64,000 bases of DNA, from NCBI GenBank assembly GCA_965207735.1, contig OZ242296.1, positions 4,160,001 to 4,224,000 of the forward strand. The letters run 5' to 3'. A program made the position numbers and the translations under genes. This document shows positions 27,265 to 37,395 of this stretch, piece after piece. Below the pieces are notes generated by a model. That model was not told where the DNA came from. It saw nothing but the letters and a program-made list of their open reading frames with translations, and made no database searches. This DNA is from Candidatus Versatilivorator sp. Lineage in GTDB: Bacteria > Acidobacteriota > Terriglobia > Versatilivoradales > Versatilivoraceae. Position 1 is the stretch's first letter. The number at the start of each line of letters is the position of its first letter.

Positions 27265-28320
27265 TCAACTCCAACTGCTTTTGAGAAACTCGATCCAGTT
27301 TCCGTGCATGACCCTGGCGACGTCCGCATCGGCGTAGCCCCGCTTGCGGAGGATCTCGGGAATGCGCTGCAGGTCGGCGATGGTGTCCATGTCGCAGGGA
27401 GCCTGCTCTTTCCCATAGCCCCCATCCAGATCGGTCCCGATCCCCGCGTGGTTGCAGTTGCCCGCTACCTGGCAGATGTGGTCCATGTGGTCGGCCACCG
27501 TCTCCAGCGTGATGCCGCTGTTGTCGATCGCCTGATGGTCCCACAGGGGTGAGAGCATCCAGTCGTCCAGGGCCACCCCGATAACCCCGGACCTCTCCAC
27601 GATGGCCCGAATCTGGCTGTCCTCGAACTGACGGTCATGGTCGCAGAGAGCCCGGCAACAGTTGTGGGTGGCCAGCACCCGGCCCCCGAAGCCGTCCAGG
27701 GCCTCCCAGAAGGCCTGATCGGCCAGATGGGTCAGGTCCAGCAGCATGCCGGCTGCATCCAGAGCTTTCAGAAGGGGACGCCCGCGGGGCGTCAAGCCCC
27801 CGGGAGCCTGGGTCCCGTGGGAATAACTGCTGACGCCGTAGTGGCACAGGCTCACCACCCGGAGGCCTTCATCCCACCACTCCGGAACCTGCTCGGGAGA
27901 GACGATGCCGTCGGCTCCTTCCATGGTGAGCACAAACCCCAGGGGGGTGGAACTGGGGTCCCGTTCCCAATCCGTCAAATGAGCCTCCAAGCCCTGGCGA
28001 TCCCGGATCTGACGGAGTACTCCCTTGGACTCCATCAGGCGATAGTAGGCCAGCTCGCCGCGGCACCTGGCATAGGCGATGTCCTGGTTTCGCACCCCGG
28101 AGAAGCGTTTTCCCATGGATGCGACCCGGCAGGCAACGGTAACGAAAAAGAGCCCGATCTCTCCCCGGCGCTGCTCCTCGTAGTTGACCATGTTGAGGCC
28201 CCGGCCCTTTTGGGCCATGCCGGCTTCCGATTCCCGGATCCCGGCAATGCTCTGCAACAGGTCCCGGTTCCATTCAAGGGCATTGTGAGCAATATCGATG
28301 TGCGAATCGACAATCAGCAT
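27265..28320 (-). CDS. membrane dipeptidase (peptidase M19) family
   Basis: DSHID, MEGAD, DLTHL, THNCCR, GIGTDLDGG, GNW. Confidence 0.92.
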   Translation of the reverse strand: MLIVDSHIDIAHNALEWNRDLLQSIAGIRESEAGMAQKGRGLNMVNYEEQRRGEIGLFFVTVACRVASMGKRFSGVRNQDIAYARCRGELAYYRLMESKGVLRQIRDRQGLEAHLTDWERDPSSTPLGFVLTMEGADGIVSPEQVPEWWDEGLRVVSLCHYGVSSYSHGTQAPGGLTPRGRPLLKALDAAGMLLDLTHLADQAFWEALDGFGGRVLATHNCCRALCDHDRQFEDSQIRAIVERSGVIGVALDDWMLSPLWDHQAIDNSGITLETVADHMDHICQVAGNCNHAGIGTDLDGGYGKEQAPCDMDTIADLQRIPEILRKRGYADADVARVMHGNWIEFLKSSWS

Positions 28321-28509
28321 CTGGTAAAAACCCTCCCTTGCAGTATCTGACTCTCGGTCAGTTCCAAGCCCGAAGTCAAGACCCTTGGGCGGGTCAAGCG
28401 TAGCACCGGCGCCGCGCCAATTCCATCACTTTGTGGAACGTCGGCCTGGGAAGGAACATGGGTGCCTCCGCCATTTTTGAAACCATTGAGGGTCGTCCAC
28501 GGAGGCCCA

Positions 28510-29066
28510 AAAAAAGTAATCCACCAAGCAGCACGAAGGACGACGAAGAGCCACAAAGGGCTTGGAGAAAGCTCCAGAGGGATCGGCCAAGGGTCGGGAA
28601 AAAGAAAACTAACATGGAGGCGTTTGCAAAATTCGGCAGCGGGACCTTTGCCGGGAATGGCCACAAAAGGCACAAAAACACAAAAAGAACCATCGGATGG
28701 GCACGTCTCGAAATCAAGAAACTCGTTTTGTGCCTTTTGTGCTTTTTGTGGTTTCTGTTGTCTCTTGTGCTTATCGTGGTGAATGCTGGAGCCTGCAGCA
28801 CATCATCCTTGCCGCCTCAATGTCATTCCCGATTGCGATATTTGCAAAAGGCTCATCATTAACATGGATGCACAGGATAACCAGGACGGGACGCTGCTGC
28901 ACGAGAAGCCGGCTCCGGCAATGATCGTGTGCGGATTTGCGGATGCTCAGATTACAAGCCTGCCGTTTCCTGAAAAAATCCTGTGCATCCTGTGCATCCA
29001 TGTGAATCAAAACCTGTTCCGAGCCTCCATAAAACGGTTGGCTGCGGAATTTTGCAAAAGGCTCAT
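28510..29066. mobile_element. stack of nested miniature inverted-repeat elements
   Basis: CACAAAA-type IR 28661-28685/28726-28751; ACAGGAT-type IR 28862-28887/28978-29003; tttgcaaaaggctcat at 28841 and 29051; imperfect IR 28615-28640/29041-29066; degenerate CACGAAG unit ~28520-28560. Confidence 0.75.
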
Positions 29067-29246
29067 ATGAAAAAAATTTCGATTCCCGGCACTGGGCCGC
29101 TTCCACTCGCCCGCGTTCCCTCCCTGCCGGCGCTTCCGCCCCACCGGAGCCTCCGGCCCGATTGCTTCTGATTCGAGAAACATGCTACATTGGCTCGGTT
29201 GTCTGCTGTCGACCCCGGAGGCGACCACACCGCAAGGAAAACATCC

Positions 29247-30185
29247 GTGCCAATCAGTAAAATCATTCTGGCCAATCCCAGGGGCTTTTGCGCCGGGGTG
29301 GTCCGTGCCATCGAAGTGGTGGAGCGGGCGCTGGATCTTCTTCCCCCTCCGATCTACGTCTTCCACGAGATCGTCCACAACCGCCACGTGGTGGACCGTC
29401 TCAGCGGCCGTGGGGTTGTCTTCGTGAACCACCTGGACGAGGTCCCGGACGGTTCGGTCTGTATCTTCAGCGCCCACGGGGTGTCCCCGGCGGTCCGCCA
29501 GGTGGCCGAAGACAGGCAGCTTCAAGTGGTTGACGCCACCTGTCCCCTGGTCACCAAGGTCCACCTGGAGGCCATTCGGTTTACCCGGGAGGGATACTCC
29601 CTGGTGCTGATCGGCCATCCCGGCCACGACGAAGTCGACGGGACCATGGGCGAAGCTCCCATGCACCTGGTCAGTTCCGTCCAGGATGTCGACAGCCTTC
29701 AGGTCTCCAATCCCGACAAGGTGGTCTATCTGACCCAGACCACTCTCAGCCTGGACGACACGGCTCAGATCGTGGAGGCCCTGCGAACCCGCTACCCTCG
29801 GCTGAGCTCACCACCCAAGGACGATATCTGCTACGCCACCCAAAACCGCCAGAACGCCGTCAAGGACTTGGCGGAACAGGTCGACCTCATGCTGGTGGTG
29901 GGATCTTCCAACAGCTCCAACTCCCAGCGTCTGACCGAGGCGGCTCATGCAGCCGGCGTCCGCGCCTACCTGGTGAACGACGCAAGCGAGATTCGGTCCG
30001 AATGGCTGGAACAGGTCGAGGTGGTTGGGGTGACCGCCGGGGCGTCGGCTCCGGAACACATTGTATTGCAGGTGGTGGACTATCTGAGATCCTCCCAAGC
30101 GGTCCAGGTGGAGGGCCTGGAACTCGAGGACGAGCGCGTCCACTTCGCCATCCCCCAGGCGCTGGTTCAGATCGCGTCCCAATAG
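29247..30185 (+). CDS. ispH: 4-hydroxy-3-methylbut-2-enyl diphosphate reductase
   Basis: PRGFCAGV, HEIVHN, SAHG, DATCPLV, TQTT, ICYATQNRQ, SSNS, TAGASAP. Confidence 0.97.
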   Translation: MPISKIILANPRGFCAGVVRAIEVVERALDLLPPPIYVFHEIVHNRHVVDRLSGRGVVFVNHLDEVPDGSVCIFSAHGVSPAVRQVAEDRQLQVVDATCPLVTKVHLEAIRFTREGYSLVLIGHPGHDEVDGTMGEAPMHLVSSVQDVDSLQVSNPDKVVYLTQTTLSLDDTAQIVEALRTRYPRLSSPPKDDICYATQNRQNAVKDLAEQVDLMLVVGSSNSSNSQRLTEAAHAAGVRAYLVNDASEIRSEWLEQVEVVGVTAGASAPEHIVLQVVDYLRSSQAVQVEGLELEDERVHFAIPQALVQIASQ

Positions 30186-30313
30186 GCGGTTCACCCCCAC
30201 GCCTGCGCTCGATTCGACGGCAGCGCCTCGATTCAGCCAACCCCGGCAGAAAGGCAAGAGTCCTCTCGGGCGGACCGGTGGTGGCTGGCGCTCCCCAGGG
30301 AGGAAAATCCTCA

Positions 30314-30931
30314 ATGGATCGCCTCCAACCCCTTCACATCCTGGCCGCGTCGGGCAGTTCCCGTCCCGGTAACTATACCCGCAGGGTGCTGGCCCTGGCC
30401 GTCGAAGAACTTCAGAACCGACACCAGGTCCAGGTGGACCTGATCGATCTCGCCACCACCGATTTTCCCTTTCCGGGACAGGGCCCTTCCCAGACCACCC
30501 AAAGGGCACAGGAACTTGTCAAGGGGGCTGCCGGGATCCTGTTGGCCACCCCCGAGTACCACGGCAGCTACAGCAGCGCCATCAAGCGGTTCATCGAAAA
30601 CCTGGGATTCCCCTCCACCCTGGCAGGCAAGCCGGTGGCCCTGCTGGGAGCCGCCGCCGGACAGATCGGCGCGGTCAAGGCACTGGAGCACCTGGGCAGC
30701 GTCTGCTCCCACGTGGGGGCCTTTGTTCTGCCGGGGTCGGTCTCGGTCGCCCGGGTGCAGTCGGTCTTCGGCGAAAATGGCCAATGCCTGGATGCGGCCA
30801 TCGAAAAGCGGATTCGCGGATTGGCAACCCACCTGATGGACTACATCTACGACCGCATCGCTCCACGCGCAACTCTGGAGCAATCGGTGCGCGGCAACCA
30901 GACCGATCGGACGCGCCAGTTGTCCAACTGA
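30314..30931 (+). CDS. NAD(P)H-dependent FMN reductase family
   Basis: SGSSRPG, ATPEYHGSYSSAIK, GKPVALLG; GGAGG RBS. Confidence 0.9.
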   Translation: MDRLQPLHILAASGSSRPGNYTRRVLALAVEELQNRHQVQVDLIDLATTDFPFPGQGPSQTTQRAQELVKGAAGILLATPEYHGSYSSAIKRFIENLGFPSTLAGKPVALLGAAAGQIGAVKALEHLGSVCSHVGAFVLPGSVSVARVQSVFGENGQCLDAAIEKRIRGLATHLMDYIYDRIAPRATLEQSVRGNQTDRTRQLSN

Positions 30932-30960
30932 ACGGAGACGTTCGGTGCCGGGAAGCAGGA

Positions 30961-32481
30961 TTACCCGCCGGAATCGATGGGAAGTTGCGGCCGCTTGGGA
31001 TGGGGCCAGTCCAGATGGAAGCGGGCGCCTCGAGGTTGGTCGGTGCGCTCGTAGGTGTGGGCGCCGAAATAGTCTCGCTGGCCCTGCAGGAGATTGGCGG
31101 GAAGGAACTCCGAGCGGTAGCCGTCGTAGTAGGCCAGGGCCGACATGAAGGCCGGAGCTGCCAGGCCCGCCTGGGCCGCCAGGCTGACCACCCGGCGCCA
31201 ATGAGCCTGCCCCTCCCGAATCTGCCCCTCAAAATAGGGATCCAGCATCAGGTTGACCAGCTCGGGATCGCGAGTGTAGGCCTCGGTGATCTTTTGCAGG
31301 AACCGCGCGCGAATGATGCACCCGCCCCTCCAGATCCTGGCGATGGAGGCGAAGTCCAACTTCCAGCGGTATTCCACCTGGGCCTGGCGCATCAGCTGAA
31401 ACCCCTGGGCGTAGGCGCAGATCTTGGAACAGTAGAGGGCGTCACGGACGGCGGCAATCAATTCCCGGCGATCGCCCCGGTAGCTGAAGGCGGGACCGGA
31501 CAGTTGCCTGGATGCCTCGACGCGCTCGCTCTTGAGAGCGCTCAGGCAGCGGGCAAAGACGGCTTCGGCAATGGAGTTGGCCGGGATTCCCATGTCCAGG
31601 GCGTTCCCGCTGGTCCACTTTCCCGTGCCCTTTTGCTGAGCCGCATCCAGAATGCGATCCACCAGAAAGCCGTCGGGGTCGGCCGGATCGGGCTGGCGCA
31701 GGATTTCCGCCGTAATCTGGATCAGATAGGAGTCCAGATCCCCCTGGTTCCACTGGGCAAAGATCGCCGCCAGCTCATCCGACTTCAAGTCCAACAGCTT
31801 CTTCAGGAGGAAATAGGCTTCGGAGATGAGCTGCATGTCCACGTACTCGATGCCGTTGTGGATCATCTTGACATAGTGCCCCGCTCCGTTTTCCCCGATG
31901 TAGCTGGTGCAGGGCACCCCGCCCCGGACGGGCTTTCCGGGCTCTGCCGTCTCCATGGGCCTGCCGCTGCTCTCGTCCACCTTGGCCGCGATACTGTTCC
32001 ATATCGGCTGCAGGTGCTTCCAGGCCGAGGCCTGGCCACCGGGCATCATCGAAGGCCCGAAGCGGGCGCCCAACTCCCCTCCGGACACTCCCGAACCGAA
32101 GAAGAGGCAGCGGCCGGAATACTCCCGCTCCCGGCGGATGGTGTCGGTCCAAAGGCTGTTGCCGCAATCCACCACCAGGTCGTCGTCCTCGATGCCCGCC
32201 TCCAGGAGCTGTGAGATCACCCGGTCCACCGCGGGCCCCGCCTGGACCAGAATTATCACCTTTCGGGGTTTCCTGAGGGCTGCCGCCAGGTCGGGCAGCG
32301 AGGCGCATGCCACCAGCCCGCCGGGAGTCTCCGGGTTGTCGGCCACGAACCGCTCCATGACCGAACGGGTGCGGTTGTAGACCGCCACCTTGAATCCGTG
32401 GTCGGCCATGTTCAGGGCCAGATTCTGGCCCATTACGGCCAGACCGATCAGTCCCACGTCCGCGCTAGCGTTTTGAGCCAT
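30961..32481 (-). CDS. gndA: NADP-dependent 6-phosphogluconate dehydrogenase
   Basis: [54 protein letters not shown]. Confidence 0.97.
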   Translation of the reverse strand: MAQNASADVGLIGLAVMGQNLALNMADHGFKVAVYNRTRSVMERFVADNPETPGGLVACASLPDLAAALRKPRKVIILVQAGPAVDRVISQLLEAGIEDDDLVVDCGNSLWTDTIRREREYSGRCLFFGSGVSGGELGARFGPSMMPGGQASAWKHLQPIWNSIAAKVDESSGRPMETAEPGKPVRGGVPCTSYIGENGAGHYVKMIHNGIEYVDMQLISEAYFLLKKLLDLKSDELAAIFAQWNQGDLDSYLIQITAEILRQPDPADPDGFLVDRILDAAQQKGTGKWTSGNALDMGIPANSIAEAVFARCLSALKSERVEASRQLSGPAFSYRGDRRELIAAVRDALYCSKICAYAQGFQLMRQAQVEYRWKLDFASIARIWRGGCIIRARFLQKITEAYTRDPELVNLMLDPYFEGQIREGQAHWRRVVSLAAQAGLAAPAFMSALAYYDGYRSEFLPANLLQGQRDYFGAHTYERTDQPRGARFHLDWPHPKRPQLPIDSGG

Positions 32482-32538
32482 GCGATGCTTTCTTTGGGGG
32501 AAACAGGACAGGAGTGCAGCGGCAGGACGTTTCCGATG

Positions 32539-33342
32539 CTACATGGTCTCCGAACCGACGGCCCGCCCCTGGTCCACGCTCAGTTCGTCCTTGGAGATCT
32601 TGTGGACACTCTTGGGGTTGAAGGTTTGGCTGGTTCCGACTCTGAGAGCCACCTCGATTCGGCCGCCCGTCAATACGAAGAACTGCAGGAGGTATCCGCC
32701 CCCTTCCATCACTTCCACCTGGTATTCGTCCTCGGGCGTTCCCCCCAACGAGGCGGCCAGTTGCGCCTGAAATGCAGGAGCTTCGACCACCCTGCCGGGC
32801 AGAGCCATGATCAAGGTGCCCGGATCCTCCCGGAGGAGTGCCCGGATCCGTTCCCGAATTTCAGCCATCCGGGAAATCAGGCTGCCGGCGAAGGCGACCT
32901 CGTCGCCGGGCGCTTGAGCCGGGGGCCGAATGCCCCAGGTGATGTGATGGATGAAAGGATTTCCATACCCCTGGTCCATCATGCGGCGGTAGCCCGTCTC
33001 GTCCAGGGGATGAACCACGGCAATGTGGTCGGGCCAGCCCTTTTCCCGGGCTGGGCTGACCTCCGGCAGCGAAGCCGCCACGTTGATGTAGTCACAGCCG
33101 TCCACCGGAGAGGGATAGCAGCGGTTGTCCGATCCGACCACGTACCCCAAGCTTCTCAGCGGCTCCGCCAGCATCCGGGGCGGCTCCGAGAAGATCGCGT
33201 AGTGGTCGGGGTGATCCATCAGCGGGATCCCCCCGCCAAGTAGTCGATCGCCCACTTCCCTGGCCTCCCGCAGCCGCTCGGCGGCGTTGGGAATGGCCAT
33301 TGTTTCTTCAAATCCCTCCGGCAAAGTCACACGGGCTTCCAT
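32539..33342 (-). CDS. hypothetical protein, possible VOC/HPPD-like metalloenzyme (alternative start 33390)
   Basis: AGAGGAG RBS before 33342; DHYA, IHHITW, GYLLQFF, IEVALR. Confidence 0.7.
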   Translation of the reverse strand: MEARVTLPEGFEETMAIPNAAERLREAREVGDRLLGGGIPLMDHPDHYAIFSEPPRMLAEPLRSLGYVVGSDNRCYPSPVDGCDYINVAASLPEVSPAREKGWPDHIAVVHPLDETGYRRMMDQGYGNPFIHHITWGIRPPAQAPGDEVAFAGSLISRMAEIRERIRALLREDPGTLIMALPGRVVEAPAFQAQLAASLGGTPEDEYQVEVMEGGGYLLQFFVLTGGRIEVALRVGTSQTFNPKSVHKISKDELSVDQGRAVGSETM

Positions 33343-33390
33343 ATCTCCTCTTGCCAGGCTTGCAGCAAACCGGTGGAAATCGCGGGGCAA

Positions 33391-34851
33391 CTAGGACCAG
33401 AGATCCAGCACCGGATGGCCCTTGACCAGTTCCCGGGGCTGTTCCAGGTGGTTGAGCACTTCCATTTCCGGATTGATCCCCAGTGTGAAATAGACGGTTG
33501 CCAACAGATCGTTGGGGTGAACCGGCTTGTCCTTGGGCGCGGAACCGGTCTCGTCCGAAGCCCCGTAGAGCTGGCCGCCCGGGATTCCGGCCCCGGCAAT
33601 GACCGCGGTGTAGCAGTAAGGCCAGTGGTCCCGGCCGTCGGGAGCATTGGTGTTGCCCGAAGTGCTCACGCCCAGACGAGGCGATCTACCGAACTCTCCC
33701 ACCGCCACCACCAATGTCTCCTCCAGCAGCCCGCGCTGGTGCATGTCTTCCAGCAGCGCTGAGAGGGCCCGATCCAGCTTGGGACAGTGGAGATTGCGCA
33801 AGGGCTTGAAGTTGGAGGCGTGGGTATCCCAGGCATCCACCTCGGGATTGCCGTTGGCCACGGCCGGCCAGTTCAGTTGGACGAAGCGGGTTCCGGCTTC
33901 CACCAGCCGGCGGGCCAGCAGGGCCCCTTGACCGAAGGTGGTTCGACCGTAGCGGTCCCGCATCGCGCTGGACTCCTTGTCCAGATCGAAGGCATCCCGA
34001 GCCTTGCCTGAAAGCACCAGATCGAAGGCCTTTTCGTAGTACTCTCCCAGGGCGTGTTGGCCCACTGCCTTTTCCAGTTCCGGCATGGACTGGTTGAGCC
34101 CCTTCAGCAAGGTATACCGGTCTTTCAGGCGCTGCTCCGAAATTTCCCTGCGCAGCGTCAGATCATCCAGGTTGACGGATTGATTGGGATCCTGGTAAAG
34201 CCGATAGGGATCGTAGGCCTTGCCCAGAAAGCCGGCCGCTCCCCCCTTGCCGATCACGCTGGATTCCTGCAAGGGGCGGGTCAGCTCCACGAAGGGCAGA
34301 ACCGGCTCATCGGGCGGAAGCATCTTGGAAACGTGCGAGCCGGCCGTGGGAAAGTCGGCCGGAGAAGGGGGCTCGAGCTGACCCGAGGGGGCCACTTTGT
34401 CCGGGGGGTAGCCCGTCAACATCTGATAGATGGCGGCGGTATGGTTGAACAGTCCCTTGGGGGTGTAGCTCATGGAGCGGATCAAGGTGCACTTGTCCAC
34501 CTGATCGGCCAGCAGGGGCATGGTCTCGCTGAGCTGAATACCGGGGACCTTGGTCTTGATCGGGTTGAACTCGCCCCGGACGTTGGAAGGAGCCTCCGGC
34601 TTGGGATCCCAGATGTCGAGATGGCTGGGTCCTCCCTGCAGAAAGAGAAGCACCACGTGCTTGGCCGCCCCAAATCCCCGGACTCCGGCGAACTTGGCCG
34701 CCAAGTCGGGCGTGGACGCCGCCTGCGCCTTTTGCATGGCCAGGAAATGGGGCAACCCGAGCCCGAACAAACCCACGGATCCGACCCGCAGAAACTCCCG
34801 GCGGGTGGGTCCATCGCAGAAATTGCCGCCGCGGCCTGGAATCACTAGCAT
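33391..34851 (-). CDS. DUF1501 domain protein with Tat-like signal
   Basis: TRREFL; LQGGPSHLDIWDPKP; LLARRLVEAGTRFV; WDTH; GEFGRSP; GRDHWP. Confidence 0.92.
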   Translation of the reverse strand: MLVIPGRGGNFCDGPTRREFLRVGSVGLFGLGLPHFLAMQKAQAASTPDLAAKFAGVRGFGAAKHVVLLFLQGGPSHLDIWDPKPEAPSNVRGEFNPIKTKVPGIQLSETMPLLADQVDKCTLIRSMSYTPKGLFNHTAAIYQMLTGYPPDKVAPSGQLEPPSPADFPTAGSHVSKMLPPDEPVLPFVELTRPLQESSVIGKGGAAGFLGKAYDPYRLYQDPNQSVNLDDLTLRREISEQRLKDRYTLLKGLNQSMPELEKAVGQHALGEYYEKAFDLVLSGKARDAFDLDKESSAMRDRYGRTTFGQGALLARRLVEAGTRFVQLNWPAVANGNPEVDAWDTHASNFKPLRNLHCPKLDRALSALLEDMHQRGLLEETLVVAVGEFGRSPRLGVSTSGNTNAPDGRDHWPYCYTAVIAGAGIPGGQLYGASDETGSAPKDKPVHPNDLLATVYFTLGINPEMEVLNHLEQPRELVKGHPVLDLWS

Positions 34852-34904
34852 TTTGTCCCTCCTTCCTAAAATACCTGCTTGTTTTCAGGAATGATCATAC
34901 CGGT

Positions 34905-37388
34905 TCAACGGTTAAAGAGAAAGCCATTGCTGTTGAGCAGCGCCCACAGAAGATCCTGGGCGCCGGCAGCCCGGCTTTCGGAATGCTTCAGATGGTCCAC
35001 ACCGACCTGCATTTCCTGAGAAGTCGGCGGCCGGCTCAAGGTAGCCAGGTGGAGATCCTCCACCAGTTGGCGGTCCGATTTCCCTTGCTGGATGAGAGTG
35101 GCGATGCGGCCCTCGGGAGCCGAGACGGCATTGGCCAGCGTGGGGCCGTTCACCAGATTGAGGGCATGAGGCAGGCTGACATCGCTGCGGCGCTCACACT
35201 CACAGGGTTCTTCCCGTTGCGGGCGTCCGAACAGGTCCAGGAAGCCGCCCTTGCCCACGTGGGGATCGGGGACCTGCACCGCGCTGTAGTCTTCCGGCAT
35301 TTCGGGGAGTTCGAATCGGACCCCGGTAGCCAGGGCGATGGCGTCCGCCAGGGGCTCGGCGCCCAGGCGGCGGGGGATCTGGTGGGAGAAGTTGCGATCG
35401 TCATGCCGGTTCCACTGGTTGGTGCGGAACGTGGTCTGGTAGACCCGGGAATTGGTAATGGTCCTCATGAGATGCTGCAGGTCGAAGTCGTGCTTCTCGA
35501 AGTCCTCGGCCAAGGCCGCCAGCAGCGCTTCATTGACGGGGGGATTGGAGGCGCGGATGTCATCTACCGGGCTGATGATCCCCCGGTGAAAGAAGTAGCT
35601 CCAGACACGGTTCACGATGGCGCGGGCAAAGAAGGGGTTTTCCCTGGAGGTGAGCCACTCGACCAGGGCCGGCCGGCGGTCTCCCTCGGCCAGCGAGGGA
35701 ATGGAGGGCACGGCCCCGCCGGTGACCAGAAACCGGGGATTCACCACTCGCCCGTCCTTGGGGTGCTTCAACTCGTTCTCGACCCTTTTGAGATAGACCA
35801 CTTCCTCTCCGCTTTCGAATCCAGGCCGCACCCCGATTGCAGAGAAAAAGGCAGCCATCTCGAAGTACTGGTTCTGGGTCCACTTTTCAAAGGGATGGTC
35901 GTGACACTGGGCACAGACCATCCGAACTCCCAGGAAGAGTTGGGTGGTGGTCTCCATGGCGGCAGTGGGGCCGCGAGCCGAGAGAAAGAAGTTGGCGGCC
36001 GGATTCTCGAAGGTGCTCCCCTTGGAGGTGAGCAACTCCCGCACCAGCGTGTCATAGGGCTTGTTGTCGGCGATGGATTGGCGCAACCACTCGCGGAAAG
36101 TCCACATGCCCTTGTAGCTCATGAACTTGCGATTGCTGCGCAGCAGATCGCCCCACTTCAGGGTCCAGTAGTCGGCGTAGGCCTGGCTGCGGATCAGCTC
36201 ATCGATGGCCCGGGAACGCTTCCGTTGAGAATCGGTCGGATCCTGAGCGAAGGCCCGAATTCGCTCCGGCTCAGGGATCTTGCCGGTCAAGTCCAAGCTG
36301 ACCCGGCGCAGGAACTCGGCGTCCTCAGCCAGCGGAGAGGGCTGAACCCTGAGCCGCTTCAGCTTCCTGTCGACCAGCTTGTCGATATAGTTGAACTGGG
36401 GCATGGCAGCCCAGACAAACCCGGGCTTGGGATTGAGCACGGTCACGGGAACCATCACGAATTGACCTTCATAGCGAATCATCAGGGTCGATTCTCCCGT
36501 GCGGAGACCCTTCACCCCACTTCCCTCGACGGCCACCGCCTCCACGTCGCTGCTGCCAAGATGCGCCTCCCGGGTCACGTCCCGGGTCGACCCGTCGGGG
36601 TAGCGGGCCACCACGACCACCTGCTGCCTGCGTCCGGGGGCGTGCATGAAGATCTCCCCGGGATGAGCCTCCACCCCTACCACCCGATCCGCCTTGGGAT
36701 CGCCATAGGGAACCTCTTGCTCTATCCAGGTCAGGATGGAGTCGTAATAGGGAGAGCCCAGCGGCAGCACCAAGCCGCCACCGTGGGCGACCTGCTGGGT
36801 GGGCTTGGCCAGCATCAGGCTCTTAGGGGGGTCGGCTCGATTGAAGCGCCGGCCGGACATGTCGTAGAGAAGCGCCCGGTAGTCGAACTCCGCGTCATAC
36901 CCTCGCAGGGAGAGCTTGAACCCGTTCTTGCCCTTGGCCGCCCCGTGACAGACTCCCTGGGAGCATCCCACCTTGTTCATGATGGGCAGGACGTCCCGCA
37001 GAAAGGTTGTCCTGGCGGAACCAGATGAGGCATCCACGCGCACGGCAATCTCGGCCGAATGCCCGCCGGACCGAACCGTCACCCGGGCCTGTCCTTCCCG
37101 GACCGCCCGCAGATAGCTGTCCGGTCCCAACTCGACGATACCGCCTTGCGGCTCGATCCGGGCCCTTTCCGTCAGGTCCAGTCGCTCGCCGCCGGCGGAG
37201 ATGCCGGTGACCAGGATCCTCCGCAATTCTCCCGGCCTGCTGAAAACCAGACCGCCAGGCTGCACCTGCAGCTCACGGATTTCGGCTGGCGGCCCGGCCG
37301 AACCGTCTCCGGCCGGCAGACCAGTGCCGGCGGCCATCAGGATAAGGCTGCCTGCCCAAAGACAGGTCGCTATCGGCTTGGAAACCAT
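34905..37388 (-). CDS. DUF1549/DUF1553 (PSD1) protein with Ig-like domains
   Basis: GCSQGVCHG..GFKLSLRG; FLRRVSLDLTG; CAQCHDHPF; NRVW; CECER. Confidence 0.9.
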   Translation of the reverse strand: MVSKPIATCLWAGSLILMAAGTGLPAGDGSAGPPAEIRELQVQPGGLVFSRPGELRRILVTGISAGGERLDLTERARIEPQGGIVELGPDSYLRAVREGQARVTVRSGGHSAEIAVRVDASSGSARTTFLRDVLPIMNKVGCSQGVCHGAAKGKNGFKLSLRGYDAEFDYRALLYDMSGRRFNRADPPKSLMLAKPTQQVAHGGGLVLPLGSPYYDSILTWIEQEVPYGDPKADRVVGVEAHPGEIFMHAPGRRQQVVVVARYPDGSTRDVTREAHLGSSDVEAVAVEGSGVKGLRTGESTLMIRYEGQFVMVPVTVLNPKPGFVWAAMPQFNYIDKLVDRKLKRLRVQPSPLAEDAEFLRRVSLDLTGKIPEPERIRAFAQDPTDSQRKRSRAIDELIRSQAYADYWTLKWGDLLRSNRKFMSYKGMWTFREWLRQSIADNKPYDTLVRELLTSKGSTFENPAANFFLSARGPTAAMETTTQLFLGVRMVCAQCHDHPFEKWTQNQYFEMAAFFSAIGVRPGFESGEEVVYLKRVENELKHPKDGRVVNPRFLVTGGAVPSIPSLAEGDRRPALVEWLTSRENPFFARAIVNRVWSYFFHRGIISPVDDIRASNPPVNEALLAALAEDFEKHDFDLQHLMRTITNSRVYQTTFRTNQWNRHDDRNFSHQIPRRLGAEPLADAIALATGVRFELPEMPEDYSAVQVPDPHVGKGGFLDLFGRPQREEPCECERRSDVSLPHALNLVNGPTLANAVSAPEGRIATLIQQGKSDRQLVEDLHLATLSRPPTSQEMQVGVDHLKHSESRAAGAQDLLWALLNSNGFLFNR

Positions 37389-37395
37389 GAAACGC

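Noticed and set aside
28314-29171. Several 60-140 aa ORFs
   Set aside because: Translations of repeat arms (ILCILCIHV, FCAFCAFCG); no convincing coding signal
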